Assembly: GCA_029561175.1 (NCBI GenBank)
Contig: JAKQJL010000025.1
Span: forward strand, 3,582 to 67,581
DNA length: 64,000 bases
Direction: 5' to 3'
Source: a bacterium
GTDB taxonomy: Bacteria; Patescibacteriota; Microgenomatia; UBA12405
The number at the start of each line of letters is the position of its first letter. Positions within the stretch are counted from its first letter, which is position 1. A program made the translations under genes and the position numbers. Positions 56,361 through 64,000 of the stretch are shown in pieces. The notes below the pieces were generated by a model. That model searched no databases, was not told the DNA's origin, and worked only from the letters and a program-made list of their open reading frames with translations.

Positions 56361-56729
56361 ATGGCCATTCCTAAATTTAAACCACTCGCCGATTTATCAT
56401 CAAAATCAAAAAATATTTTAAAACCAGTTTTTGCTGTAGTCATCGCTATTTTGATGCTCGCTTTTGGCCTAGAATCTACCAATAACGACTGGGATTTAGG
56501 TAAACTCCTTTCCGGAGAATCTCTTTCCGAATCAAAAGTTATGCGCGATCTTGATGGTAATGTTGTCACCTCTGGTGGAAAATATACTGATCAATATAAT
56601 TGTTCCGATTTTAAAACCCAAGCTCAAGCCCAAAAATTTTTCACCAATGCTGGTGGTAAATCTAAAGATACCAATAATCTCGATGGCGATAATGATGGCG
56701 TGGCTTGCGAAAGCTTACCCAAAAATTAA
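56361..56729 (+). CDS. Excalibur calcium-binding domain protein
   Basis: YNCSDF.TQ..AQ...[14 protein letters not shown]. Confidence 0.9.
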   Translation: MAIPKFKPLADLSSKSKNILKPVFAVVIAILMLAFGLESTNNDWDLGKLLSGESLSESKVMRDLDGNVVTSGGKYTDQYNCSDFKTQAQAQKFFTNAGGKSKDTNNLDGDNDGVACESLPKN

Positions 56730-58066
56730 TTTCCGTTGACTTTAATATAGTTAATCGACGCTCCAAGTTGGGTGAGTCTTTCGGCTAATTTTTCATAGCC
56801 TCTTTCTATATATTCCACTCCTTCCACTGTCGATTCACCTTCAGCCATTAAAGCGGCTAAAGTTACTGTTGCTCCTGCTCTTAAATCGGCTACTTTTAAA
56901 TTAGTCGCTTTCAATTTGCATGGTCCATAAATTTTCACTCCATGCATAAATTCTGGTTTATCGCTTTCAGGGTTGAAATGGTAATAAGTTTCGGGGTTGG
57001 CTATTTCTGGTTGGAATAATTTTGTTTTGGCTCCCATTTGGTTTAACAATCCAATGTGTTGAAAACGTTGCGGATAAATTCTTTCGATCACACTACTTAC
57101 TCCCACTGCTTGGGTTAAAACCAAACTAAAAAGTGCTTGCCAATCGGTCATAAAACCTGGCTCTGGTTCAGTTTCAATATCAACTGCTTTTAATGGTCCT
57201 ATCCACTGAATAAAAACTTCATCTTTACCCCTATTTACTTTTGCCCCCATTTTTTCAATTGTTCTTAAAAACGTTTCAATAATTTGTGGTTCAATCCGTA
57301 AAATACTAATCGATCCTTTGGTGGCCAAAGCTGCACAAATAAATGTTACCGCTTCATTTCGATCAGAAATAACTTGATGGCTAGTTCCGTGTAATTTTTC
57401 TACACCTTCAATTCTAATTATAGTTGGGGTCTCTTTATCTCTTTCAATTCTCGCCCCCATGCCATTTAACATTTCAATTAAATCATCAATTTCTGGTTCA
57501 CAAGCCGCATTTCGAATCACACTTTTTCCTTTGGCCATTGCCGCCGCCATTAAAATTACTTCCGTTGAAGTATGGGATGGTTTATTAAAAGTAAAATCAG
57601 TGCCAGTTAATCCATTAGCAGCAGTCAAAGTACAACCATTTTCATTAATTTCCACCACTGTTCCCATTTGCTCCAAACAAGCAAAAAGCCTATCCAATGG
57701 CCTTTCTCCTAATTTATCTCCACCTGGGGTTGGAAAAGTTATTTTTCCGGTTCGAGCTAAAAGGGGACCAGTAAAAATAAACGAGGTTCTCGATTTTTCA
57801 CCAGCTCCACTAGGAACTTCACTCGATTTGATTTCTTTTGTTTGAATAATTAGTCCGTGTTCACCCACTGGTTTAAATTCTGCTCCCAAACTCTCAGCAA
57901 TACTTGACGTAATTCTCACATCCGAAATTTGGGGAATATTTGTTAGTTCTACTGGCTCATCAGTCAGCATTGATGCAATTATTTGCTTATAGCTGGCATT
58001 TTTTGCTCCCCGAATAATAACTTCACCGTTCAATGGTTTACCACCATGGATTATGTATTTTGACAT
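56726..58066 (-). CDS. murA: UDP-N-acetylglucosamine 1-carboxyvinyltransferase (Asp at Cys115 position)
   Basis: [42 protein letters not shown]. Confidence 0.96.
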   Translation of the reverse strand: MSKYIIHGGKPLNGEVIIRGAKNASYKQIIASMLTDEPVELTNIPQISDVRITSSIAESLGAEFKPVGEHGLIIQTKEIKSSEVPSGAGEKSRTSFIFTGPLLARTGKITFPTPGGDKLGERPLDRLFACLEQMGTVVEINENGCTLTAANGLTGTDFTFNKPSHTSTEVILMAAAMAKGKSVIRNAACEPEIDDLIEMLNGMGARIERDKETPTIIRIEGVEKLHGTSHQVISDRNEAVTFICAALATKGSISILRIEPQIIETFLRTIEKMGAKVNRGKDEVFIQWIGPLKAVDIETEPEPGFMTDWQALFSLVLTQAVGVSSVIERIYPQRFQHIGLLNQMGAKTKLFQPEIANPETYYHFNPESDKPEFMHGVKIYGPCKLKATNLKVADLRAGATVTLAALMAEGESTVEGVEYIERGYEKLAERLTQLGASINYIKVNGN

Positions 58067-58157
58067 ACAGTTAAAACAACTTATAATCTTAAAAGGGCTA
58101 TACTAATTTACACTATTAGTTATTCAAAGTCCATCAATTTAGAAATATTTATTACAT

Positions 58158-59219
58158 ATGGATATTGCCGTCGACAAAAAACTTCCCGCTCCTCCTATTA
58201 TTGATTCTCCAGAAACAAGATTCAGTAGAATTAATCACGATCTTAGGTCATCCTTGACTAGCGTTTATTCAAGTGTTGATTTTGTAGGTACAATAGGCAA
58301 AGAAGATTTTTGGCATGACTTATTACCTACTCTTTCTTGTCTTAAAGAATTTGTTGAATTAGAGAGTTGCCGCTACAAACCAGAAGTTAATTTTAAAAAA
58401 TTACTTATCGAAAACAAACCAGAAGACATCACATTATTTAAAGAATATTTTAATCAAGTTTATCAAGGGTGGATTATGGAAGGTAATTTATCAGCTGACA
58501 TTTCCTCTCTAAGTCTAGATGATAAAGCCAAAAGTCCTTATGACTTATATATATCTGCGTTAACCACAATAATAAAAATTGCTAAGCAAAAAGTTGATAC
58601 TCATCCAGAAATAAACGATTCGTTAGTACCACGATATAATCAAAAATATTATAAACGTAATTTAGCTAATCTTGAAGAAATGGTTCGAGATTCAAAACTA
58701 TATTTTGAGGGCGTCAACTATCAACCACAAATTTCAATAGAAAGCCCAATCTCAATTATGGGTTCGGTTGTTGATCAATTAATGGATTTAACTCAAAATG
58801 GTATGGGCGAAATTAGATATCAGTACCCAAAAGAAGATTTTCAGATTCTTACCGATCCTGTAATTCTCAAACATACCTTTTTTAATTTTTTAACTAATGC
58901 CGATAAATACGGAATTGACACTTCAGGTAAAAAACAACCAATTACTATTATTATTGATCACGTCGATGGTCAAACAATTATTTCTATAATTGATCAAGGT
59001 ATGGGGATGTCGCCAGATAAAATAAATGATATTAAAAACAAAATACCTGGTCGTGATAAAAATGCCAGAGAGTCTAATATCCCTGGTTCAGGTTTTGGTT
59101 TAGTTCAAATTGTTGAAATGGTCGAAAATCATTTACACGGTGAAGTTGAAATTACCTCCGAAATTAATAAAGGTACTGCTATTACTCTAATCTTGCCAGA
59201 TTTGGAATTGCCTCAATAA
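58158..59219 (+). CDS. Orphan cytoplasmic histidine kinase
   Basis: NHDLRSSLT H-box; NFLTNADKY, DQGMGM, GSGFGL, GTAI; no TM. Confidence 0.8.
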   Translation: MDIAVDKKLPAPPIIDSPETRFSRINHDLRSSLTSVYSSVDFVGTIGKEDFWHDLLPTLSCLKEFVELESCRYKPEVNFKKLLIENKPEDITLFKEYFNQVYQGWIMEGNLSADISSLSLDDKAKSPYDLYISALTTIIKIAKQKVDTHPEINDSLVPRYNQKYYKRNLANLEEMVRDSKLYFEGVNYQPQISIESPISIMGSVVDQLMDLTQNGMGEIRYQYPKEDFQILTDPVILKHTFFNFLTNADKYGIDTSGKKQPITIIIDHVDGQTIISIIDQGMGMSPDKINDIKNKIPGRDKNARESNIPGSGFGLVQIVEMVENHLHGEVEITSEINKGTAITLILPDLELPQ

Positions 59220-59233
59220 TGGTAAACTACCAT

Positions 59234-60328
59234 ATGAATTCATTGAGTATTGACGACAAACTTCATTTAATCACCCGCAATTGTCAAGAAGTTTTAACCG
59301 AGGCCGATTTAAAAGCTTTGTTATCTTCCGATAAACCAATTCAACACTATATTGGTTTTGAAATATCCGGCCAAGTCCATTTAGGAACTGGTATTATTTC
59401 TATGGGAAAAATCGCCGATTTTCTTAAGGCCGGCATTAAATGCAAAATCTTTTTAGCCGATTTCCACACTTACTTAAACAATAAATTAGGTGGTGATTGG
59501 GAAAATATTCGTTGGGCTTCCGAAAACTATTTTAAGCAAGCTTTAATTGCTTCTCTAAAGTGTTTCGATGTCGACGCTTCCCAAGTTGAATTTATTAGTG
59601 GTAAAACACTCTACGAAGAAAACCCACAGCATTGGGAAACTTTTATGCGAGTTGGTAAACATGTCACTCTTTCTCGCAATCTTAGATCAATTTCAATTAT
59701 GGGTAAAAAGCAGGGGACTGATGTTGACATGGCCACTCTTTTTTATCCTCCTCTTCAAGTCGCCGATATTTTTACCATGAACGTTAATTTGGCTCATGCT
59801 GGAATTGATCAACGCAAAGCTCATGTAGTTGCCCGCGAAGTTGCCCCCAAACTTGGCCACGCTACTCCAGTAGCTATTCACCAAAATTTAATTGCCGGCC
59901 TAACTCCACCCGAGCCAGGTGCCAACGATGAAGAAACTCTTAAAATGAGTAAATCCAAACCAAATTCGGCTATTTTTGTCCACGACACTCCCGACGAAAT
60001 TAGATCAAAAATCAAAAAAGCCTACGGCCCACCCAAAGAAGTTGAATTTAATCCCCTTATTAATTGGGTAAAAACCTTGGTGTTCTGGGGTGAAGAAGAA
60101 GGCGAGTTTAAAATCTCTCGTCCCGAAAAATTTGGTGGCAATGTTGTCTACACCAAGTTTGCTGATGTTGTGGTCGATTATCAAGCCGAAAAACTTTACC
60201 CTCTCGATTTAAAAAATGCTCTTGCCGATTGGTTAATCGACAAACTAGCCCCAGCCCGAGCTCACTTTGAAATCCCCCAAAATAAGGATGCCTTAGAGAA
60301 AATGAAATCTCTTTTAGCCCTAAAATAA
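59234..60328 (+). CDS. tyrS: Tyrosine--tRNA ligase, archaeal type
   Basis: YIGFEISGQVHLG, FLADFH..LNNK, YPPLQVADIF, GIDQRKAH, KMSKS; no S4 domain. Confidence 0.93.
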   Translation: MNSLSIDDKLHLITRNCQEVLTEADLKALLSSDKPIQHYIGFEISGQVHLGTGIISMGKIADFLKAGIKCKIFLADFHTYLNNKLGGDWENIRWASENYFKQALIASLKCFDVDASQVEFISGKTLYEENPQHWETFMRVGKHVTLSRNLRSISIMGKKQGTDVDMATLFYPPLQVADIFTMNVNLAHAGIDQRKAHVVAREVAPKLGHATPVAIHQNLIAGLTPPEPGANDEETLKMSKSKPNSAIFVHDTPDEIRSKIKKAYGPPKEVEFNPLINWVKTLVFWGEEEGEFKISRPEKFGGNVVYTKFADVVVDYQAEKLYPLDLKNALADWLIDKLAPARAHFEIPQNKDALEKMKSLLALK

Positions 60329-60330
60329 TT

Positions 60331-60346
60331 TTCAGTTATTTTTCAG
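60331..60346 (+). promoter_or_regulatory. TTCAG-N6-TTCAG direct repeat, candidate autoregulatory box
   Basis: 11-bp periodic repeat upstream of the response regulator. Confidence 0.6.
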
Positions 60347-60368
60347 GCAACTGGTTTTAAATACATTT

Positions 60369-61043
60369 ATGAAAATATTAGTTGTCGAAGATGATCATCG
60401 AATTGCCACCTCTCTTAAAAAGGGTCTCGAACTCGAACACTACACTGTCGACTTGGCTTTTGACGGTATTGAAGGCTACGATCTTGCCTCCGATGCCAAA
60501 TACGATTTAATTCTTCTAGATCTAATGTTACCCGGAATGGATGGCCTAGAAATCTGTCGAAAACTTAGGCAAGAAACAAACCATACGCCTATTTTGATGC
60601 TCACTGCCAAGTCATCTATCGAAGATAAAGTTACTGGTCTCAACGATGGCGCCGACGACTATTTAGCCAAACCATTTGCTTTTGAAGAACTACTCGCTCG
60701 GATTAAAGCCCTATCCCGTCGCCCTCAACAAGTAATCAATACTGTTTTAAAATACCAAGATCTCACTGTTAATTTGGAAACATTCGAGGTCACTCGAGCA
60801 AATAAAAAAATAATTCTTTCCCAAAAAGAGTTTCAGCTTCTCGAAACTTTTATCAAACATCAAGAAAAAGTTTTATCTAAAAATCAGTTAATCGATTATA
60901 TTTGGAGCTATGATGCCGATATCCTCCCCAATACAGTTGAAGTAAACATTCGCAATCTTCGCCAAAAAATCGATGTTCCTTTTAAAAAACCTTTAATTCA
61001 AACCATTCGTGGTTTTGGTTATAAATTATCCGTTCATGTTTGA
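60369..61043 (+). CDS. OmpR/PhoB-family response regulator
   Basis: VVEDD, LDLMLPGMDG, MLTAK, DDYLAKPF, IQTIRGFGY. Confidence 0.96.
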   Translation: MKILVVEDDHRIATSLKKGLELEHYTVDLAFDGIEGYDLASDAKYDLILLDLMLPGMDGLEICRKLRQETNHTPILMLTAKSSIEDKVTGLNDGADDYLAKPFAFEELLARIKALSRRPQQVINTVLKYQDLTVNLETFEVTRANKKIILSQKEFQLLETFIKHQEKVLSKNQLIDYIWSYDADILPNTVEVNIRNLRQKIDVPFKKPLIQTIRGFGYKLSVHV

Positions 61044-62001
61044 ATCAGCCCGAATTAAATTAACTGCTTGGTACTGTTTGATCATTATGGCCATTTCTTT
61101 GGCCTTTAGTCTCACTATTTATCAAATGATGAATGTTGAGCTTCAACGTTTTGCTCGAAATCAACGCTTTCGACTCGAAAGAAAAGTTGAGTTCAAACTT
61201 CCACCTCCACCAGTAATCGACCCCGAGGTTTTAGCCGAAACTCAGCAAAGAATCATCGTCGTTTTATTGGGGGTTAATGGCATAATTCTAGTATTTTCGG
61301 CCACCTTGGGTTATTTTCTTGCTGGTCGGACCCTATCTCCAATTAAAAAAATGGTTGAAGAACAAAAACGGTTTATCGACGATGCCTCTCATGAAATCCG
61401 TACTCCCTTAACTGCTTTAAAAACCAATCTAGAAGTTAATTTGCGCGATCCAAACTTAAAGCTCAATGAAGCCAAAAAAGTTATCACTGAAAGTGTAGAA
61501 GAAACCAACAAATTAATTTTGTTATCAAACTATCTATTAAATTTATCTCGACTCGATCAAAATAAAATTAAGCTTCAACTAGAGACTATAAAATTTAATC
61601 AATTTAAATCTTTATTTTCTAAAAATCAGCGAATTAAATTTATTTCTTCGATTGTTTCTTTCACTGCCGATAAATCTCAAATCCAAGAATTACTTACTAT
61701 TCTAGTTGATAATGCCCTAAAATATAGTCAAAAAACAGTCAAAGTTTGGGCAAAAACTAATTCTAAAAATATTATTATTCATGTAAAAGACTACGGTATT
61801 GGCATTGATCAAAAAGAAATTCCTCATATTTTTGAACGTTTCTATCGTGTCGATTCTTCTCGCAATAAAACTGTGGCTGGCTACGGTCTTGGTCTATCAA
61901 TTGCCCGGCAAATTGTCGATTTGCATCATGGTCAAATTGTAGTTAAAAGTCAATTAAATCGAGGCACCGATTTTCAAGTTCATTTACCAATTAAAAATTA
62001 A
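61036..62001 (+). CDS. Two-TM sensor histidine kinase
   Basis: DASHEIRTPLT, DNALKY, DYGIGI, FERFYR, GYGLGLSIA. Confidence 0.95.
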   Translation: MFESARIKLTAWYCLIIMAISLAFSLTIYQMMNVELQRFARNQRFRLERKVEFKLPPPPVIDPEVLAETQQRIIVVLLGVNGIILVFSATLGYFLAGRTLSPIKKMVEEQKRFIDDASHEIRTPLTALKTNLEVNLRDPNLKLNEAKKVITESVEETNKLILLSNYLLNLSRLDQNKIKLQLETIKFNQFKSLFSKNQRIKFISSIVSFTADKSQIQELLTILVDNALKYSQKTVKVWAKTNSKNIIIHVKDYGIGIDQKEIPHIFERFYRVDSSRNKTVAGYGLGLSIARQIVDLHHGQIVVKSQLNRGTDFQVHLPIKN

Positions 62002-62005
62002 TTCA

Positions 62006-62389
62006 ATGAAAAATATTAATCCCGTTCAAATCATTATCGCCATGGCTATTTTTGTTGCCGGCGTGACCACTGGTTACTTCTATCAAAAAAGTAAAACCCC
62101 AAACTTTCGTCAAATGGGTCAACAAATGGTTCAAAAAGCCAACCAACAAGGTCAACGAAAATTTCAGAATCGGCCTAACATGGGTGAAGTTACTAGTCTC
62201 GATGATAAATCGGCTACTATCAAAACTATCGATGGTAGTTCTCGAATTATTATTCTTTCCGATTCCACCACCTATACCCAAACTGCTCCCACCGATAAAA
62301 CTGGTTTAAAAGTTGGTGCTCAAATTTCCGTAATTGGTACTGATAACACTGATGGTTCAGTTACCGCTCAAACAATTCAGTTCAAATAA
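62006..62389 (+). CDS. DUF5666-like membrane-anchored protein
   Basis: TM, GEVTSLD, LKVG..ISV.G..N.DGSVTAQ.IQ. Confidence 0.7.
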   Translation: MKNINPVQIIIAMAIFVAGVTTGYFYQKSKTPNFRQMGQQMVQKANQQGQRKFQNRPNMGEVTSLDDKSATIKTIDGSSRIIILSDSTTYTQTAPTDKTGLKVGAQISVIGTDNTDGSVTAQTIQFK

Positions 62390-62398
62390 TTAGTCCAC

Positions 62399-62427
62399 AA
62401 AAAAACCCGCCGATAAGGCGGGTTTTT
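62399..62427. terminator. Bidirectional intrinsic terminator
   Basis: AAAAACCCGCC-GATAA-GGCGGGTTTTT between convergent genes. Confidence 0.9.
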
Positions 62428-62438
62428 AAAGTTGTTAA

Positions 62439-62741
62439 TTAGTATCGAGGACGATTTCCACCAGCGAAATTATCTCTTCGTGGAGGTCTATCTTCCATTG
62501 GTCTGGCTTCATTAACATTAACGTCTCTACCGTCAATGTCTTTTTGATTCCACATTTCGATTGCTTTGGTGGCTTCTTCTTCAGTAGCCATTTCTACAAA
62601 ACCGAAACCTTTCGATCTTCCGGAAAATTTATCTTTAATAACAACTGCTGAGACTACATTTCCAGCTTGGGAAAATGCAGCTAGCAAAGAATCGTCGGTA
62701 GTTTGATAACTAAGGTTACCGACATATAGTTTTTTATTCAC
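62439..62741 (-). CDS. RRM RNA-binding protein
   Basis: KLYVGNL (RNP2), KGFGFVEM (RNP1); GTG start. Confidence 0.96.
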   Translation of the reverse strand: MNKKLYVGNLSYQTTDDSLLAAFSQAGNVVSAVVIKDKFSGRSKGFGFVEMATEEEATKAIEMWNQKDIDGRDVNVNEARPMEDRPPRRDNFAGGNRPRY

Positions 62742-62842
62742 TGTCTGACTAACATTTAAATATGAACCTCTCAGTTCACAATAAGTATTTTACCTTGGAA
62801 TCCCTAAAAAAACACAAGATAAAAAAGGAGTTATAATTGCCT

Positions 62843-63292
62843 ATGTTTTGGATTATTCTTGTTTTTATCTTTTTAATCTATCTTTCCTGGAAACAAATCA
62901 AAAATGGTCCAAAGATAGCCAAATTCATTTATGGATGGGGTTTTCCTTTGGGCTCCTTTGTTTGGGAAGATCTTTTGGTCTTTTCAATTTATGGTTCAAT
63001 CGCTGCTCTAATTACTCTTTTGTCTCACCAGCCAAAGATTGGCATTCTCATGGTTTTAGTCTTTTGGTTTATTCGAAGTCTAGGTGAGACTCTCTACTTC
63101 TTTTTGGAGCAATTTATTCAACCTCAACATTACCCCCACCGTCTTGAAAACCACTTCCAGCTACTCTATTTTTTCTTTGGAAAAATTTCCGATCAACAGG
63201 CCTTTATTATTCTTCAAGTTTTTTTCCAAATTATTTCGATGTTTAGTTTAACCGGGCTAATTCTACTTATTATCAATTGGTCATCATTCTAA
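62843..63292 (+). CDS. Hypothetical membrane protein (RSLGET family), paralog of 45069-45497
   Basis: GSFVWED, FWFIRSLGETLYFF.EQF. Confidence 0.75.
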   Translation: MFWIILVFIFLIYLSWKQIKNGPKIAKFIYGWGFPLGSFVWEDLLVFSIYGSIAALITLLSHQPKIGILMVLVFWFIRSLGETLYFFLEQFIQPQHYPHRLENHFQLLYFFFGKISDQQAFIILQVFFQIISMFSLTGLILLIINWSSF

Positions 63293-64000
63293 GCTCAACA
63301 ACCAGTTTTTGTAGATTGCTTCTAGTTCTTTAGCTATCTCTTTTGGTTCACTCGCTTTCAAAGATTTAATTTCCATTGTTCGGCTAAAGTTAATACTAAT
63401 TTTGGGCATCAATCTGTTAAATAGGGGAATTATTCTTAAATAATCCCAAGTTGAGGTACCCCTAATATACGCCATTACAATTTTAGTATTTTTATATTTT
63501 AAGTTTTTAATAATATGGCCAATGCCTGGTAAGAATTTATTGTTTTCTTCCCCAGCCATTGGAAAAATTGTTACCAACCCACCTTGATTAACTTTTTCAG
63601 CCGCCAAATTAATGCTTTCAATGTTTTTTTGATGTGATTCTTCTTTAGAGAACACTTCTGAAAAATGGAGCTTTCTTAATAAGTCTAGTTTCCACTTATC
63701 TCTTTTAGCTTCGTAAATTCGGTGGGTAATGAAAACTGGAATAATGTGTTTATCAATTGCTGGCAATAAACCCAGAAAACCGTGATTTGCCACCAAATAT
63801 TTATCTTTTCTTTTTTGCCAAGTAGATAAAATTAATAACACATCTATTTCAGCTGGGTGATTTGAAATAATAATTATTCTTTCTTTTTTAAATATTTTTT
63901 TCAGCTTCTGATCGTATCCTTTAATTACCACTCTGGTTTTGGTTTTTTCTAAAATATTTTTAAAGGTTTTAGCCACCCCTTTTTCAATAATCTCCTGATT
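63284..64000 (-). CDS. PlsC-family acyltransferase, 5' end probably beyond window
   Basis: SNHPAEID (HX4D), TIFP; frame open to window edge. Confidence 0.8.
   Translation of the reverse strand, partial: NQEIIEKGVAKTFKNILEKTKTRVVIKGYDQKLKKIFKKERIIIISNHPAEIDVLLILSTWQKRKDKYLVANHGFLGLLPAIDKHIIPVFITHRIYEAKRDKWKLDLLRKLHFSEVFSKEESHQKNIESINLAAEKVNQGGLVTIFPMAGEENNKFLPGIGHIIKNLKYKNTKIVMAYIRGTSTWDYLRIIPLFNRLMPKISINFSRTMEIKSLKASEPKEIAKELEAIYKNWLLSLE

Overview
Chromosomal segment of an AT-rich, reduced-genome bacterium using the standard code. It is most consistent with CPR/Patescibacteria (Microgenomates-like). This is inferred from the archaeal-type TyrRS and TIM, the short ValRS, the VirD4/HerA-like ATPase, the half-size MFS proteins and tRNAs without encoded CCA. 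Bases 1-25 kb are housekeeping: comF, tpiA, rnhA, a tsaC-tsaE fusion, tsaD, valS, rplY, trpS, a Met/Ile(UAU)/Met tRNA cluster with a GIY-YIG gene, a Xer-type recombinase, dnaG and rpoD. About 25.8-41.6 kb is an accessory region ending at tRNA-Asn. Bases 42-64 kb are mixed: pyrH, SRAP, GH5, greA, macAB, ABC-F, carD, murA, tyrS, a two-component system and an RRM protein. No CRISPR array, rRNA, reverse transcriptase or intact prophage/IS was seen. The best leads are: (1) a catalytically altered nucleoside-deoxyribosyltransferase-fold/RHH regulator divergent from an ITPase-like gene, with a repeated ATGTGC operator; (2) a promoter-pseudoknot-terminator small RNA behind the GIY-YIG gene; (3) a 5S loop-E-like rplY leader; (4) tRNA-Ile(UAU) and a non-canonical initiator-like tRNA, alongside pervasive leaderless gene starts; (5) heptamer repeats clustered at translation genes; (6) palindromic elements read in frame inside proteins; (7) a TTCAG-N6-TTCAG box shared by the two-component operon and macAB. 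All calls are by eye; no database searches were run.
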